Below, one piece after another: positions 18,414 to 28,572 of a DNA stretch of 64,000 nt. The DNA is taken from positions 634-64,633 of the forward strand of contig BDTW01000052.1 in assembly GCA_002897735.1 (NCBI GenBank), given 5' to 3'. Within the stretch, counting starts at the first letter, position 1. Each line of letters starts with the position of its first letter. The notes below the pieces were generated by a model. It saw only the letters and a list, made by a program, of their open reading frames with translations. It was not told the origin of the DNA and did not search any database. A program made the translations under genes and the position numbers. Source of the DNA: a bacterium BMS3Bbin13 (lineage in GTDB: Bacteria > Pseudomonadota > Gammaproteobacteria > 21-64-14).

Positions 18414-19655
18414 ATGAAAGTGAACCGCAGAGGTTTCATCAAGGGCGCACTCGCCACGGGTGCTACGGTACTCGGCCCCACTCTGGTCGGGAGGACGCCC
18501 GAGGCGCTTGCCGGAGGCACCACCGTCAAGGTGGGCATACTCCACTCGCTCTCCGGCACCATGGCGATCAGCGAAATCCCGGTCAAGAACGCGGAGCTGA
18601 TGGCGATCGAGGAGATCAATGCCGCCGGCGGTGTCATGGGCCGGCGCATCGAACCGGTCGTCGTGGACGGGGCCTCGGACTGGCCGACCTTCGCACAGAA
18701 GGCGCGTGAGCTGATCTCCCGCGACCGGGTGGCGACCGTGTTCGGCTGCTGGACCTCCGCCAGTCGTAAGGCGGTCAAGCCGGTCTTCGAGCAGTACAAC
18801 AACCTCCTCTGGTATCCGGTGCAGTACGAGGGCAACGAATGCTCGCAGAACATCATCTACACCGGTGCCTGCCCCAATCAGCAGATCGAGCCGGCCGTGA
18901 CCTGGCTGCTGAAGAACAAGGGCAAGAAGTTTTTCCTCGTCGGATCCGACTACGTGTTTCCACGTACCGCCAACGCGATCATCAAGGGACAACTCAAGGC
19001 CATGGGCGGGACCCTGGTCGGAGAGGAATACGCGCCCCTGGGGCACATGGAGTTCGCGACCATCGTGAACAAGATCCGCCAATCCGGGGCCGACGTGGTC
19101 TTCAGTACCATCAACGGTGACAGCAACGTCGCCTTCTACAAGCAATATGCGTCCGCCGGTCTTACCCCGGAGAAGGTGCCCATCCTGGCGGTGAGTGTCG
19201 CCGAGGTCGAGGTCCAGGGGATCGGGCCACAGTATTGCAAGGGCCACTACGCGAGTTGGAACTACTTCGAGACGACCGAGACCCCGACGAATCCGAAGTT
19301 CGTGGCGGAGTTCAAGAAGCGCTACGGTCACGCGCAGGTCACCGACGATCCGATCGAACACGGCTATCTGAACGTCTATCTTTGGAAACTCGCCGCCGAG
19401 AAGGCCCGAAGCTTCCAGCCGATGAAGGTTCGCGCGGTGGTCGGGACGGTCGGTTTCGACGCCCCCCAGGGGAAGGTGCACGTCGATCCGGCCAACCAGA
19501 ACCTGTATCAGGTCGCGCGCGTCGGAGAGATCACCGACAGCGGGATGTTTCGCGAAGTGTGGAAGAGCGATGGGCCGGTCAAGCCGCAGCCCTACAGCCC
19601 GTACATCTCGAACATGATGTGCGACTGGGCGCGCGGCGGTCTGGTCAAGCGCTGA
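18414..19655 (+). CDS. urtA: Urea ABC transporter substrate-binding protein (Tat signal)
   Basis: RRGFIK Tat motif, VKVGILHSLSGTMAISE, FGCWTSASRKAV, YPVQYEG and GSDYVFPR. Confidence 0.95.
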   Translation: MKVNRRGFIKGALATGATVLGPTLVGRTPEALAGGTTVKVGILHSLSGTMAISEIPVKNAELMAIEEINAAGGVMGRRIEPVVVDGASDWPTFAQKARELISRDRVATVFGCWTSASRKAVKPVFEQYNNLLWYPVQYEGNECSQNIIYTGACPNQQIEPAVTWLLKNKGKKFFLVGSDYVFPRTANAIIKGQLKAMGGTLVGEEYAPLGHMEFATIVNKIRQSGADVVFSTINGDSNVAFYKQYASAGLTPEKVPILAVSVAEVEVQGIGPQYCKGHYASWNYFETTETPTNPKFVAEFKKRYGHAQVTDDPIEHGYLNVYLWKLAAEKARSFQPMKVRAVVGTVGFDAPQGKVHVDPANQNLYQVARVGEITDSGMFREVWKSDGPVKPQPYSPYISNMMCDWARGGLVKR

Positions 19656-19693
19656 TCCGTGGGACCCGGCGATCGATCTGCAGGAGGTGCGTG

Positions 19694-20602
19694 ATGGATG
19701 CGGCGGCCGCGGTTTCGCAGCTCTTCACCGGGCTCAGCATGGCGTCGATCCTGTTGATGATGGCCCTGGGTCTGGCCGTGATCTTCGGGCTCATGGGCGT
19801 CATCAACATGGCCCACGGCGAGTTGATGACCATGGGGGCCTACGTGGCGTATCTGTGCCAGCTCCTCTTCGCGCACTTCGTGCCGGGGCAAACCGGGTGG
19901 TCCTATCTGCTTGCGCTCCCGCTGTCGTTTGTGGTCAGCGGGCTCCTGGGCTGGGCCATAGAGGTGGCGCTGGTGCGCCACCTCTATGGGCGTCCGTTGG
20001 AGACGCTGCTCGCGACCTGGGGCCTGAGCCTCATCCTGCAGCAGAGTTTCCGCACGATCTTCGGGTCCAACAACGTCTTCGTGAGCACGCCGGAGATCCT
20101 GACCGGCGGCGTGGCGCTGGGCGCTTCGGTGCAACTGCCCTACGTGCGGTTGTTCATCCTGGGGCTCGCCGCGCTGTCGCTCGGGGGCGTCTTCCTGTTC
20201 CTGTATCGGACACGTAACGGTCTGATGATACGATCGGTGATGCAGAATCGCCCGATGGCCGCGAGTTGCGGCATCAATACCCGGCGCATCGACGCACTGA
20301 CCTTCGCCTTCGGTTCGGGGCTCGCGGGGCTCGCCGGCTGCGCCCTGTCGCTGATCGGTTCGGTCGGGCCGACCACCGGGCAGAACTATATCGTCGACTC
20401 CTTCATGGTCGTGGTGCTGGGCGGCGTGGGCCAACTCCTCGGCACCGTCGTCGGGGCGCTGACCATCGGCGAGGCGCACGCGTTGATCGAATACTTCACT
20501 TCCTCCAGCGCCGCCAAGGTGGCGGTGTTCACGATGATCATCCTGTTCCTGCAGGCGCGCCCGGCGGGACTGTTCCCGTCGGTCGGCAGGGTCCTGGACT
20601 AG
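19694..20602 (+). CDS. urtB: Urea ABC transporter permease
   Basis: GLAVIFGLMGVINMAHGE, RPLETLLATWG and YIVDSFMVVVLGG. AGGAGG RBS. Confidence 0.92.
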   Translation: MDAAAAVSQLFTGLSMASILLMMALGLAVIFGLMGVINMAHGELMTMGAYVAYLCQLLFAHFVPGQTGWSYLLALPLSFVVSGLLGWAIEVALVRHLYGRPLETLLATWGLSLILQQSFRTIFGSNNVFVSTPEILTGGVALGASVQLPYVRLFILGLAALSLGGVFLFLYRTRNGLMIRSVMQNRPMAASCGINTRRIDALTFAFGSGLAGLAGCALSLIGSVGPTTGQNYIVDSFMVVVLGGVGQLLGTVVGALTIGEAHALIEYFTSSSAAKVAVFTMIILFLQARPAGLFPSVGRVLD

Positions 20603-20609
20603 GCCGCGC

Positions 20610-21680
20610 ATGGATGCCCTAGCCGCCCCCGTCTCCGCAGTGCACGCAAAGCGGCGAATGCCGCTGCTGCTGGCCGCCTTGGTGCTGATCGGCGCCGCCG
20701 CCGCCCCGCTCTACCTGCACCAGACCCCCCTCAACCTGCTCGGCCAGTTCCTCGCGCTCGGCATCCTGGCGGTGGGGCTGGATCTGATCTGGGGCTACGC
20801 GGGCATCCTGAGCCTGGGCCAGGGCGTGTTCTTCGGTATCGGCGGCTACCTCATGGCCATGTATCTCAAGATGCAGGGCCTGCAACCCGGGCAGTTGCCG
20901 AACTTCATGACCTGGAGCGGGGTGACCTCGCTCCCCCTGATCTGGCATCCGTTCGAGAGCTTCCCGCTGACGCTGATACTGGTGCTTACCGTGCCGGCCC
21001 TGTTGGCCTATCTGTTCGCCGCCCTGGTCTTCCGCAGCCGCATCCGGGGGGTCTATTTCGCCATCATCACGCAGGCGCTTGCGGTGGCGGTCTCCACGCT
21101 CTTCGTCAATCAGCAACAGTTCACCGGCGGAAGCTCCGGACTCACCGGCTTCAAGACCATCCTGGGCTACTCCTTCTACGCGCGCGCCACTCAGACGGCG
21201 TTCTACGAGGTGACGGTGGCGGTCCTCGCCGCGGTCTTCGCGCTGGCGTGGTACCTGACCCGGTCGCACTTCGGCGTACTGTTGCGCGCCGTACGCGACG
21301 GCGAGAACCGTCTGCGCTTTCTCGGCTACAACCCCACCGTGTACAAGGCGTTCGTTTTCGGTCTGGCGGGCCTGTGCGCGGGCCTCGCCGGGGCGCTCTA
21401 TGTCCCGCAGAACGGAATCATCGCGCCCGGCATGCTCGGCATGGTGCCGTCCATCGAGATGGTGATCTGGGTCGCGGTCGGCGGTCGCGGCACCATCATC
21501 GGGGCGCTTGTCGGCACCCTCGTGGTGAGCTACGCCAAATACTATCTCAGCAGCGCCTATCCCGACTTCTGGCTGTTCCTGATCGGGACGTTGTTCATTG
21601 TGGTGGTATTGTTCTTTCCGCGAGGACTCATGGGGCTGGCCGAACTCGCCGGCCGCGCCGTGCGGCGTGCGACATCATGA
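20610..21680 (+). CDS. urtC: Urea ABC transporter permease
   Basis: DLIWGYAGILSLGQG, RGVYFAIITQA, RDGENRLRFLGY and WVAVGGRGT. Confidence 0.92.
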   Translation: MDALAAPVSAVHAKRRMPLLLAALVLIGAAAAPLYLHQTPLNLLGQFLALGILAVGLDLIWGYAGILSLGQGVFFGIGGYLMAMYLKMQGLQPGQLPNFMTWSGVTSLPLIWHPFESFPLTLILVLTVPALLAYLFAALVFRSRIRGVYFAIITQALAVAVSTLFVNQQQFTGGSSGLTGFKTILGYSFYARATQTAFYEVTVAVLAAVFALAWYLTRSHFGVLLRAVRDGENRLRFLGYNPTVYKAFVFGLAGLCAGLAGALYVPQNGIIAPGMLGMVPSIEMVIWVAVGGRGTIIGALVGTLVVSYAKYYLSSAYPDFWLFLIGTLFIVVVLFFPRGLMGLAELAGRAVRRATS

Positions 21681-22432
21681 TCAGGGCGGGCGAATCGGTA
21701 CTGGAGGTCAGCGACCTGGTGGTGGAGTTCGACGGCTTCCGGGCGTTGGACCGTCTGAGCTTCGTGCTGTACGCGGATGTGCTCACGGTGGTTATCGGTC
21801 CCAACGGGGCCGGCAAGACCACCTTCCTCGACGTCATAACCGGGCGCACCCGTGCAGGCAGCGGGTCGGTCCGTTTCCTGGGCCGGGATACGACGGATCT
21901 TTCGGATTACCGCATCGCACGCCTCGGGATGGCCCGCAAGTTCCAGGCCCCGAGCGTGTTTCCGGACCTGACCGTCCGGGACAATCTGCGGGTCGCCGCG
22001 ACGCCCGCCAAGGGGTTGTGGACGGCGCTGAGGGGGCGGCTGGCGCCCCGGACGCGTGAGACGATCGAACACTCCCTGGATATCACCGGGCTGGGTCCGC
22101 TCGCGTCCAGTCCGGCGCTCGTGCTGTCCCACGGCCAGCGCCAGTGGCTGGAGATCGGGATGGCGCTTGCCATGCAGCCGCGCCTGCTGCTGCTCGACGA
22201 GCCGGTCGCCGGTATGACGCCCGACGAGGTGGAGCGTACCGCCGAGCTGCTCCAGGAGATCGCCCGCCGGCGTTCGGTGCTGGTGGTGGAACACGACATG
22301 GGATTCGTGCGGCGGATCGCGCAGCGGGTCTGCGTGTTTCATCAGGGTCGGCAACTGGTCGAGGGTTCCTTCGAGCGGGTCAGCGGTGACCGGCGCGTTC
22401 GGGAGGTCTATCTCGGGGTCGAGACCCCATGA
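21677..22432 (+). CDS. urtD: Urea ABC transporter ATP-binding protein
   Basis: GPNGAGKT, RKFQAPSVF, LSHGQRQWLEIGM and LLLDEPVAGM. ATGA overlap with urtC. Confidence 0.92.
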   Translation: MIRAGESVLEVSDLVVEFDGFRALDRLSFVLYADVLTVVIGPNGAGKTTFLDVITGRTRAGSGSVRFLGRDTTDLSDYRIARLGMARKFQAPSVFPDLTVRDNLRVAATPAKGLWTALRGRLAPRTRETIEHSLDITGLGPLASSPALVLSHGQRQWLEIGMALAMQPRLLLLDEPVAGMTPDEVERTAELLQEIARRRSVLVVEHDMGFVRRIAQRVCVFHQGRQLVEGSFERVSGDRRVREVYLGVETP

Positions 22433-23139
22433 GCGGGGCGCTGCTCGAGGTCGAGGGATTGAGCACCGGCTACGGCAGCGCCACCGTGGTGCGCCGTGCC
22501 GGATTGGAGGTTCGGGAGGGCGAAGTCACCTGTCTGCTCGGGCGCAACGGCGTCGGCAAGACCACGTTTCTAAAGGCCGTGATGGGGCTGCTACCCGCCT
22601 GGGAAGGCACGGTGCGCTTTCGCGGCGAAGACCTCACGCACGCCCCCGCCTACCGCCGCGCGCGGTTGGGTTTCGCCTACGTCCCCCAGGGGCGCGAGAT
22701 CCTGCCGCAACTCAGTGTCGAGGAGAACATCCGGCTCGGCGGATTCGCCTGCGCCGAGTCCGCTCCCGGCATCCCGGACGAGATCTTCGCCTACTTCCCG
22801 GGGTTGCGGACCATGCTGCGGCGCCGCGCCGGAAACCTCTCGGGCGGGCAGCAGCAGCAACTGGCATTCGCACGGGCGCTGATGGCACGCCCGCGCCTGT
22901 TGCTCCTCGACGAACCCACCGAGGGTATTCAGCCCAACCTGGTAGAGGACATCCGGCGCGCGATTCTCGCCATGAACCGGGAACTCGGCCTGACCGTGCT
23001 GCTGGTCGAGCAGAAGATGGCATTCGTGCGCTCGGTGGCGCAACACTATTACGCCATGGATCGGGGCGCGGTGCTCTCCCATGGCTCGATGGCCGAACTG
23101 GACGATGCGACGGTGCGCCGTTATCTCGAAGTGAGCTGA
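22429..23139 (+). CDS. urtE: Urea ABC transporter ATP-binding protein
   Basis: GRNGVGKT, YVPQGREI, LSGGQQQQL and LDEPTEGIQP. Confidence 0.92.
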   Translation: MSGALLEVEGLSTGYGSATVVRRAGLEVREGEVTCLLGRNGVGKTTFLKAVMGLLPAWEGTVRFRGEDLTHAPAYRRARLGFAYVPQGREILPQLSVEENIRLGGFACAESAPGIPDEIFAYFPGLRTMLRRRAGNLSGGQQQQLAFARALMARPRLLLLDEPTEGIQPNLVEDIRRAILAMNRELGLTVLLVEQKMAFVRSVAQHYYAMDRGAVLSHGSMAELDDATVRRYLEVS

Positions 23140-23350
23140 TCCCGGTTCGGGGCGCACCAGGACCGGACGCGCCGCACCCGCGTCGGTGCTATGAGGCTAT
23201 AATGATTCGCCGCGGCGAGCCGGTTTTCCCCGGCGGATGCGGGCCTTGTATATCGGGCCTCGCGCGCGGTGGGCGTGACGCGAACATTGCTTTTTCCGCA
23301 CCGGGCCGCGCACCGCGAGGGTCGCGAACGGCCCTCGGAGGGCGCGGCGC

Positions 23351-24187
23351 ATGTCGGCGACGGTATCATCGGGTTGGCGTGCGCACCTGGACCTCGGTTT
23401 CGAGTTGCGCCGGGTGAACGGTTGTTCGCGGACGGTGCTGATACGTCGCAGGCACCGGGGGCCGCTCATGGTGCAGCGCCCGCTGTACCCGGAAGGCGCG
23501 GTGTGCCACTCGCTGCTTTTGCACCCGCCCGGCGGGATGGTGGGCGGGGATTCGCTGGAACTGGACGTCTCCTGCGGGCCCGGGGCGCAGGCCCTTCTGA
23601 CCACGCCCGGCGCGGCGAAGTGTTACCGCAGCGCCGGCGCGCAGGTCCGGGTACGCCAGCGGCTGCGTGTGGACCACGGGGGCGGCCTCGAATGGTTGCC
23701 CCAGGAGTTGATCGTCTACGAGGGTGCGGTGCTGGAGGCTGCAACCCGGGTGGATCTGGCGCGCGACGCGCGGTTCCTGGGCTGGGAGATCGTCTGCCTG
23801 GGCCGTCCCGCGGCGGGCGAGGGTTTCGCCCGCGGGCGGTTTACGCAGCGCTTCGAGATTCGGCGTGCCGGCGCGCCGCTGCTCGTGGAGCGGCTGAGCG
23901 TGCCGGGAGGCGATGTGCTGCTCGAGGAACCCTGGGGACTGGGCGGCTCAACGGTGAGTGCGATCCTGATCGCGACGCCGGCGGATGCGGCGTTGCGCGA
24001 CGTGGTACTGGGCGCGTCGGGCGCGGAGCCGGGATTCTCCGCGACGCTGCTCGACGACCTGCTCGTATCCCGTTACCTCGGGACGCGCGGCGACGTCGCG
24101 CGGGCCTGTCTGGAAGCGGCATGGGGCGCGATTCGCAAGCCCCTGTTCGGGCGGGAAGCGCGGCGCCCGCGAATCTGGAACACCTGA
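23351..24187 (+). CDS. ureD: Urease accessory protein UreD
   Basis: [38 protein letters not shown] and C-terminal PRIWNT. Confidence 0.93.
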   Translation: MSATVSSGWRAHLDLGFELRRVNGCSRTVLIRRRHRGPLMVQRPLYPEGAVCHSLLLHPPGGMVGGDSLELDVSCGPGAQALLTTPGAAKCYRSAGAQVRVRQRLRVDHGGGLEWLPQELIVYEGAVLEAATRVDLARDARFLGWEIVCLGRPAAGEGFARGRFTQRFEIRRAGAPLLVERLSVPGGDVLLEEPWGLGGSTVSAILIATPADAALRDVVLGASGAEPGFSATLLDDLLVSRYLGTRGDVARACLEAAWGAIRKPLFGREARRPRIWNT

Positions 24188-24236
24188 ACCCGGGCCGTCG
24201 AATCGGTACCGGCAAAGCGAATCAGGAGGGCGAGTC

Positions 24237-24539
24237 GTGGATCTCACTCCACGGGAAAAGGACAAGTTGCTGCTCTTCGCGGCGGGATTTCTGGCAGAGC
24301 GCCGCAAGGCCCGCGGTGTGCGCCTCAATTACCCGGAAGCCGCGGCCTACATCAGCGCCGCGGTGCTGGAGCGGGCGCGCGACGGCGCCGGCGTTGCGGA
24401 GCTGATGGACTACGGCGCCACCCTCCTGACCCGGGAAGACGTGATGGAGGGAATACCGGAGATGTTGACCGAGGTGCAGGTGGAGGCCACTTTCCCGGAC
24501 GGGACCAAGTTGGTCACCGTGCACAATCCAATCCCGTAG
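24237..24539 (+). CDS. ureA: Urease gamma subunit
   Basis: GTG start after [21 protein letters not shown] and [18 protein letters not shown]. Confidence 0.95.
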   Translation: MDLTPREKDKLLLFAAGFLAERRKARGVRLNYPEAAAYISAAVLERARDGAGVAELMDYGATLLTREDVMEGIPEMLTEVQVEATFPDGTKLVTVHNPIP

Positions 24540-24574
24540 ACCCGCCGCGCGGGCGCATAACGACGGAGGTGGCC

Positions 24575-24889
24575 ATGATCCCGGGAGAATATTGGGTTGC
24601 GGAGGGTGAAATCGTCCTCAACCGGGGACGTGACACCCTCGACCTGACGGTCGCCAACACCGGTGATCGCCCGATCCAGGTCGGATCCCACTATCATTTC
24701 CAGGAGACCAACGGGGCCCTGTCGTTCGATCGCGAGGCGGCGCGCGGATTTCGCCTCGATATCCCCGCCGGCACCGCGGTGCGCTTCGAACCGGGCCAGG
24801 AGCGACGGGTCCGGCTGGTCGCCTACGCCGGCGCACGCCGCGTGCTGGGGTTCCAGGCACGGGTGATGGGCGGACTGGAGGAGGATTGA
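24575..24889 (+). CDS. ureB: Urease beta subunit
   Basis: [20 protein letters not shown] and [15 protein letters not shown]. Confidence 0.96.
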   Translation: MIPGEYWVAEGEIVLNRGRDTLDLTVANTGDRPIQVGSHYHFQETNGALSFDREAARGFRLDIPAGTAVRFEPGQERRVRLVAYAGARRVLGFQARVMGGLEED

Positions 24890-26592
24890 TGGCACGCATT
24901 TCGCGTCGCGCCTATGCCGAGATGTTCGGCCCCACCGTCGGGGACCGCGTTCGCCTGGCCGATACCGAACTGGTGATCGAGGTCGAAGCCGACGCCGCGA
25001 CATACGGGGAGGAGGTGAAGTTCGGGGGCGGAAAAGTGATCCGGGACGGGATGGGCCAGAGCCAGCAGGGCGCGCCCGTCGCCGTCGACACGGTGATTAC
25101 CAATGCCTTGATCGTCGATCATTGGGGAATCGTGAAGGCCGATATCGGGATCCGGGCCGGGAGGATCGCCGGGATCGGCAAGGCCGGCAACCCGGACATT
25201 CAGCCCGGGGTCGATATCGTGATCGGGCCGGGCACGGAAGCGATCGCGGGCGAGGGCCTGATCGTCACCGCCGGCGGGATCGACGGCCACATCCATTTCA
25301 TCTGCCCGCAGCAGATCGAAGAGGCGCTCATGTCGGGTGTCACCACCATGCTGGGGGGAGGGACCGGTCCCGCCACGGGCACCAACGCCACGACGTGTAC
25401 GCCCGGCGCCTGGAATCTGCATCGCATGTTGCAGGCCGCCGAGGGGTTTCCCGTAAACCTCGGTTTTCTCGGGAAGGGCAATGCCAGTCTGCCCCACGCC
25501 CTGCGCCAGCAGGTCGAGGCCGGTGCAATGGGACTGAAGCTGCACGAGGACTGGGGCACCACCCCCGCGGCGATCGACTGCTGTCTGTCGGTGGCCGAGG
25601 AATACGACGTCCAGGTGGCCATCCACACGGACACGCTGAACGAATCGGGATTCGTGGAGGATACGCTGGCGGCCTTCAAGGGGCGGGCGATTCATGCCTA
25701 TCACACCGAGGGGGCGGGCGGCGGCCACGCGCCGGATATCATCCGCGCCTGCGGGCAGGCGAACGTCCTTCCTTCGAGCACCAACCCGACGCGGCCCTAC
25801 ACCGTCAACACGGTGGACGAGCACCTGGACATGCTCATGGTCTGTCACCACCTGGATCCGGGGGTCGCCGAGGACGTGGCCTTCTCCGAATCGCGCATTC
25901 GCCGCGAGACCATCGCCGCCGAGGATATCCTGCACGATCTCGGGGCGTTTTCCATGATCGCCTCCGATTCGCAGGCCATGGGCCGCGTCGGGGAGGTCAT
26001 CATGCGCACCTGGCAGACCGCCCACAAGATGAAGGTCCAGCGGGGCCCGCTGGTCGGCGATTCGGCGCGCAACGACAACCTCCGGGTGCGCCGTTATATC
26101 GCCAAGTACACGATCAATCCCGCGATCACGTACGGGATCGCGCACGAGGTCGGTTCGCTGGAGGTCGGCAAACTGGCCGACATCGTGCTGTGGCGGCCCG
26201 CCTTCTTCGGCGTCAAGCCGTCGCTGGTGATCAAGGCGGGTTTGATCGTCGCCGCCCCCATGGGCGACCCCAACGCCTCGATCCCGACCCCGCAACCGGT
26301 GCACTATCGTCCGATGTTCGCGGCCTTCGGCGGTGCACTCCCGGCCACGTGCCTGACCTTCGTCTCGCGCGCCGCCTACGAGACGGACCTCGGCGCCCAC
26401 CTCGGCCTGGCCAGGCGCCTCGTCCCGGTGGCCGATACCCGTACGATCGGAAAGAGGGATATGGTGTTGAACGACTACCTGCCCGAAATCGAGGTCGACC
26501 CCCAGACCTATGAGGTACGCGCCGACGGTCAGTTGCTGACCTGCGAACCCGCCACGGAGCTGCCGCTCGCGCAGCGCTATTTCCTGTTCTGA
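24889..26592 (+). CDS. ureC: Urease alpha subunit
   Basis: Ni-binding motifs [36 protein letters not shown] and SDSQAMGR. Confidence 0.98.
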   Translation: MARISRRAYAEMFGPTVGDRVRLADTELVIEVEADAATYGEEVKFGGGKVIRDGMGQSQQGAPVAVDTVITNALIVDHWGIVKADIGIRAGRIAGIGKAGNPDIQPGVDIVIGPGTEAIAGEGLIVTAGGIDGHIHFICPQQIEEALMSGVTTMLGGGTGPATGTNATTCTPGAWNLHRMLQAAEGFPVNLGFLGKGNASLPHALRQQVEAGAMGLKLHEDWGTTPAAIDCCLSVAEEYDVQVAIHTDTLNESGFVEDTLAAFKGRAIHAYHTEGAGGGHAPDIIRACGQANVLPSSTNPTRPYTVNTVDEHLDMLMVCHHLDPGVAEDVAFSESRIRRETIAAEDILHDLGAFSMIASDSQAMGRVGEVIMRTWQTAHKMKVQRGPLVGDSARNDNLRVRRYIAKYTINPAITYGIAHEVGSLEVGKLADIVLWRPAFFGVKPSLVIKAGLIVAAPMGDPNASIPTPQPVHYRPMFAAFGGALPATCLTFVSRAAYETDLGAHLGLARRLVPVADTRTIGKRDMVLNDYLPEIEVDPQTYEVRADGQLLTCEPATELPLAQRYFLF

Positions 26593-26593
26593 T

Positions 26594-27076
26594 ATGGGCG
26601 ACGTACGGTCAATGCCGGACCTGCGGCTGGTGGAACGTCTGGCGCCCGGGACGGCACCCCCCGCCGCCGTCGAGGCCACGGTTACGCTGAGATTCGACGA
26701 GCGCCGGCGCAGCCGGTTGCCGGTCCATCTCGACGACGGGCGCGCGGCGGCCCTGTTGCTGCCGCGCGGGACGCGGTTGCGGGGGGGCGATCGGCTGCGT
26801 GCCGAGAACGGCATCCTGGTGGCCGTGCGTGCGGCGGTCGAGCCGGTATCGACCGCGCGTGCGCAAGACCCGCTGCTGCTGGCGCGCGCCTGCTACCATC
26901 TGGGCAACCGCCACGTCCCCCTGGAGATCGCGGTCGACTACGTCCGCTATCTGCACGATCACGTGCTCGATGGGATGCTCGTTCAACTCGGTCTGATCGT
27001 GGTCTCCGAGAGCGTCCCGTTCGAGCCGGAGGCCGGGGCGTTCCAGGGGGGGCACGCCCACACCCATGACCGCTGA
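26594..27076 (+). CDS. ureE: Urease accessory protein UreE
   Basis: CYHLGNRHVPL and PFEPEAGAF, with a short His tail HAHTH. Confidence 0.92.
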   Translation: MGDVRSMPDLRLVERLAPGTAPPAAVEATVTLRFDERRRSRLPVHLDDGRAAALLLPRGTRLRGGDRLRAENGILVAVRAAVEPVSTARAQDPLLLARACYHLGNRHVPLEIAVDYVRYLHDHVLDGMLVQLGLIVVSESVPFEPEAGAFQGGHAHTHDR

Positions 27077-27752
27077 ACCGGAGTGCGATGCGGCGCGCGC
27101 ACGCCTGTGGCAGTTGATCAGCCCGGCGCTCCCGGTGGGGGCCTATGCCTATTCCCAGGGACTGGAGTTCGCGGTACACGCCGGTTGGGTGCGCGACGAG
27201 GCGGGTGCCGGTGCGTGGATCCGGGGGCACCTCCACCATGGACCCGCGCTCGCCGATGTGCCGGTGCTGGGACGCTGCCACGAGGCGTGGTGTGCGGGCG
27301 ACGCAGACTCGGCGCACCGCTGGAGCCGGTGGCTGCTCGCGAACCGTGGCGCGGCGGAACTGCTCGCCGAGGACCGCCAGATCGGTGCGTCCCTGGCGCG
27401 CACGTTGGCGGTCCTCGGACTCGACGAGGCGGCCGCGTGGGTCGGGTCGCCGGACGCGAGCTTCGCCTGCCTGTTCGCGTTGGCCGCGGCGCGCTGGGGG
27501 ATCGATCCCGAGGCTGCGGCCACCGGTTATCTCTGGGCCTGGGCGCAGAATCAGGTGTCCGCGGCGGTGAAGTTGGTGCCGCTCGGGCAAAGTGCCGGCC
27601 AGCGACTGCTGTTCGCCATCGGCAATGAGGTCGGAGCGATCGCCCGCCACGGGCTCGTGCTCGATGACGAGGCGATGGGCGCGTGCGCGCCGGGGGTGGT
27701 GACGGCGGCCGCCCGGCACGAGAGACAATACAGCCGCCTGTTCCGGTCCTGA
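27066..27752 (+). CDS. ureF: Urease accessory protein UreF
   Basis: [28 protein letters not shown] and [11 protein letters not shown]. Confidence 0.95.
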   Translation: MTAEPECDAARARLWQLISPALPVGAYAYSQGLEFAVHAGWVRDEAGAGAWIRGHLHHGPALADVPVLGRCHEAWCAGDADSAHRWSRWLLANRGAAELLAEDRQIGASLARTLAVLGLDEAAAWVGSPDASFACLFALAAARWGIDPEAAATGYLWAWAQNQVSAAVKLVPLGQSAGQRLLFAIGNEVGAIARHGLVLDDEAMGACAPGVVTAAARHERQYSRLFRS

Positions 27753-27792
27753 TAACGGACGGTCCGGGAGGCTCTGGAAAGAGGCGCCTTCG

Positions 27793-28416
27793 ATGAGCCA
27801 ACACCAGGTCCTGCGCGTAGGGATCGGCGGTCCCGTGGGTTCCGGGAAGACCGCCCTGATCGACCGCCTGTGCAAGCGCCTGAGCGCGCATTATCAAGTG
27901 GCGGTGGTGACCAACGATATCTATACGAAGGAGGACGCCGAGTTTCTGGTCCGCAGTCGTGCGCTGGCGCCCGAGCGGATCATGGGCGTGGAGACCGGCG
28001 GCTGCCCGCACACGGCGATCCGCGAGGACGCCTCCATGAACCTGGCGGCGATCGATGAGATGGAGCGGCGCTTCGCGGGCCTGGACCTGATATTCGTCGA
28101 GAGCGGCGGCGACAATCTGAGCGCCACCTTCAGCCCGGAATTGGCGGACGTGGCGGTGTACGTCATCGATGTGGCGGCCGGGGACAAGATCCCGCGCAAG
28201 GGCGGGCCCGCCATCACGTGCTCCGACCTGCTGGTGATCAATAAAATCGATCTCGCCCCCCAGGTGGGTGCGTCATTGGAAGTAATGGCCCGCGATGCGC
28301 GGCGCATGCGCGGTGATCGCCCGTTCCTGTTCACCAACCTGAAGAGCGGGGAGGGCCTCGAAGAGGTGGAAGCCTTCCTGCTGCGCGCGGGGATGTTGGA
28401 GTCGGGGGCGGGTTAG
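27793..28416 (+). CDS. ureG: Urease accessory GTPase UreG
   Basis: [28 protein letters not shown] and NKID. Confidence 0.97.
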   Translation: MSQHQVLRVGIGGPVGSGKTALIDRLCKRLSAHYQVAVVTNDIYTKEDAEFLVRSRALAPERIMGVETGGCPHTAIREDASMNLAAIDEMERRFAGLDLIFVESGGDNLSATFSPELADVAVYVIDVAAGDKIPRKGGPAITCSDLLVINKIDLAPQVGASLEVMARDARRMRGDRPFLFTNLKSGEGLEEVEAFLLRAGMLESGAG

Positions 28417-28572
28417 CCCGGCCGGGGTGGCGGGGCCGGATCGTTTCCGGGTCTCGCGTACCCCGGTGCCCATACCACCCCGGTCGTTCAGGCGGACGGC
28501 CTCTTCCGTGTCGGGGGTCGCCCCCGATTTTCCGCTTTCCATGGCCGCCGGGTTCTGCTTCAATCCGCCGCT

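Noticed and set aside
23174..23189. GCACC-N6-GGTGC palindromes here and at about 253-268 as NtrC sites
   Set aside because: Spacing is one base longer than the NtrC consensus, no adjacent sigma54 promoter was found, and such words are likely by chance at this GC content.
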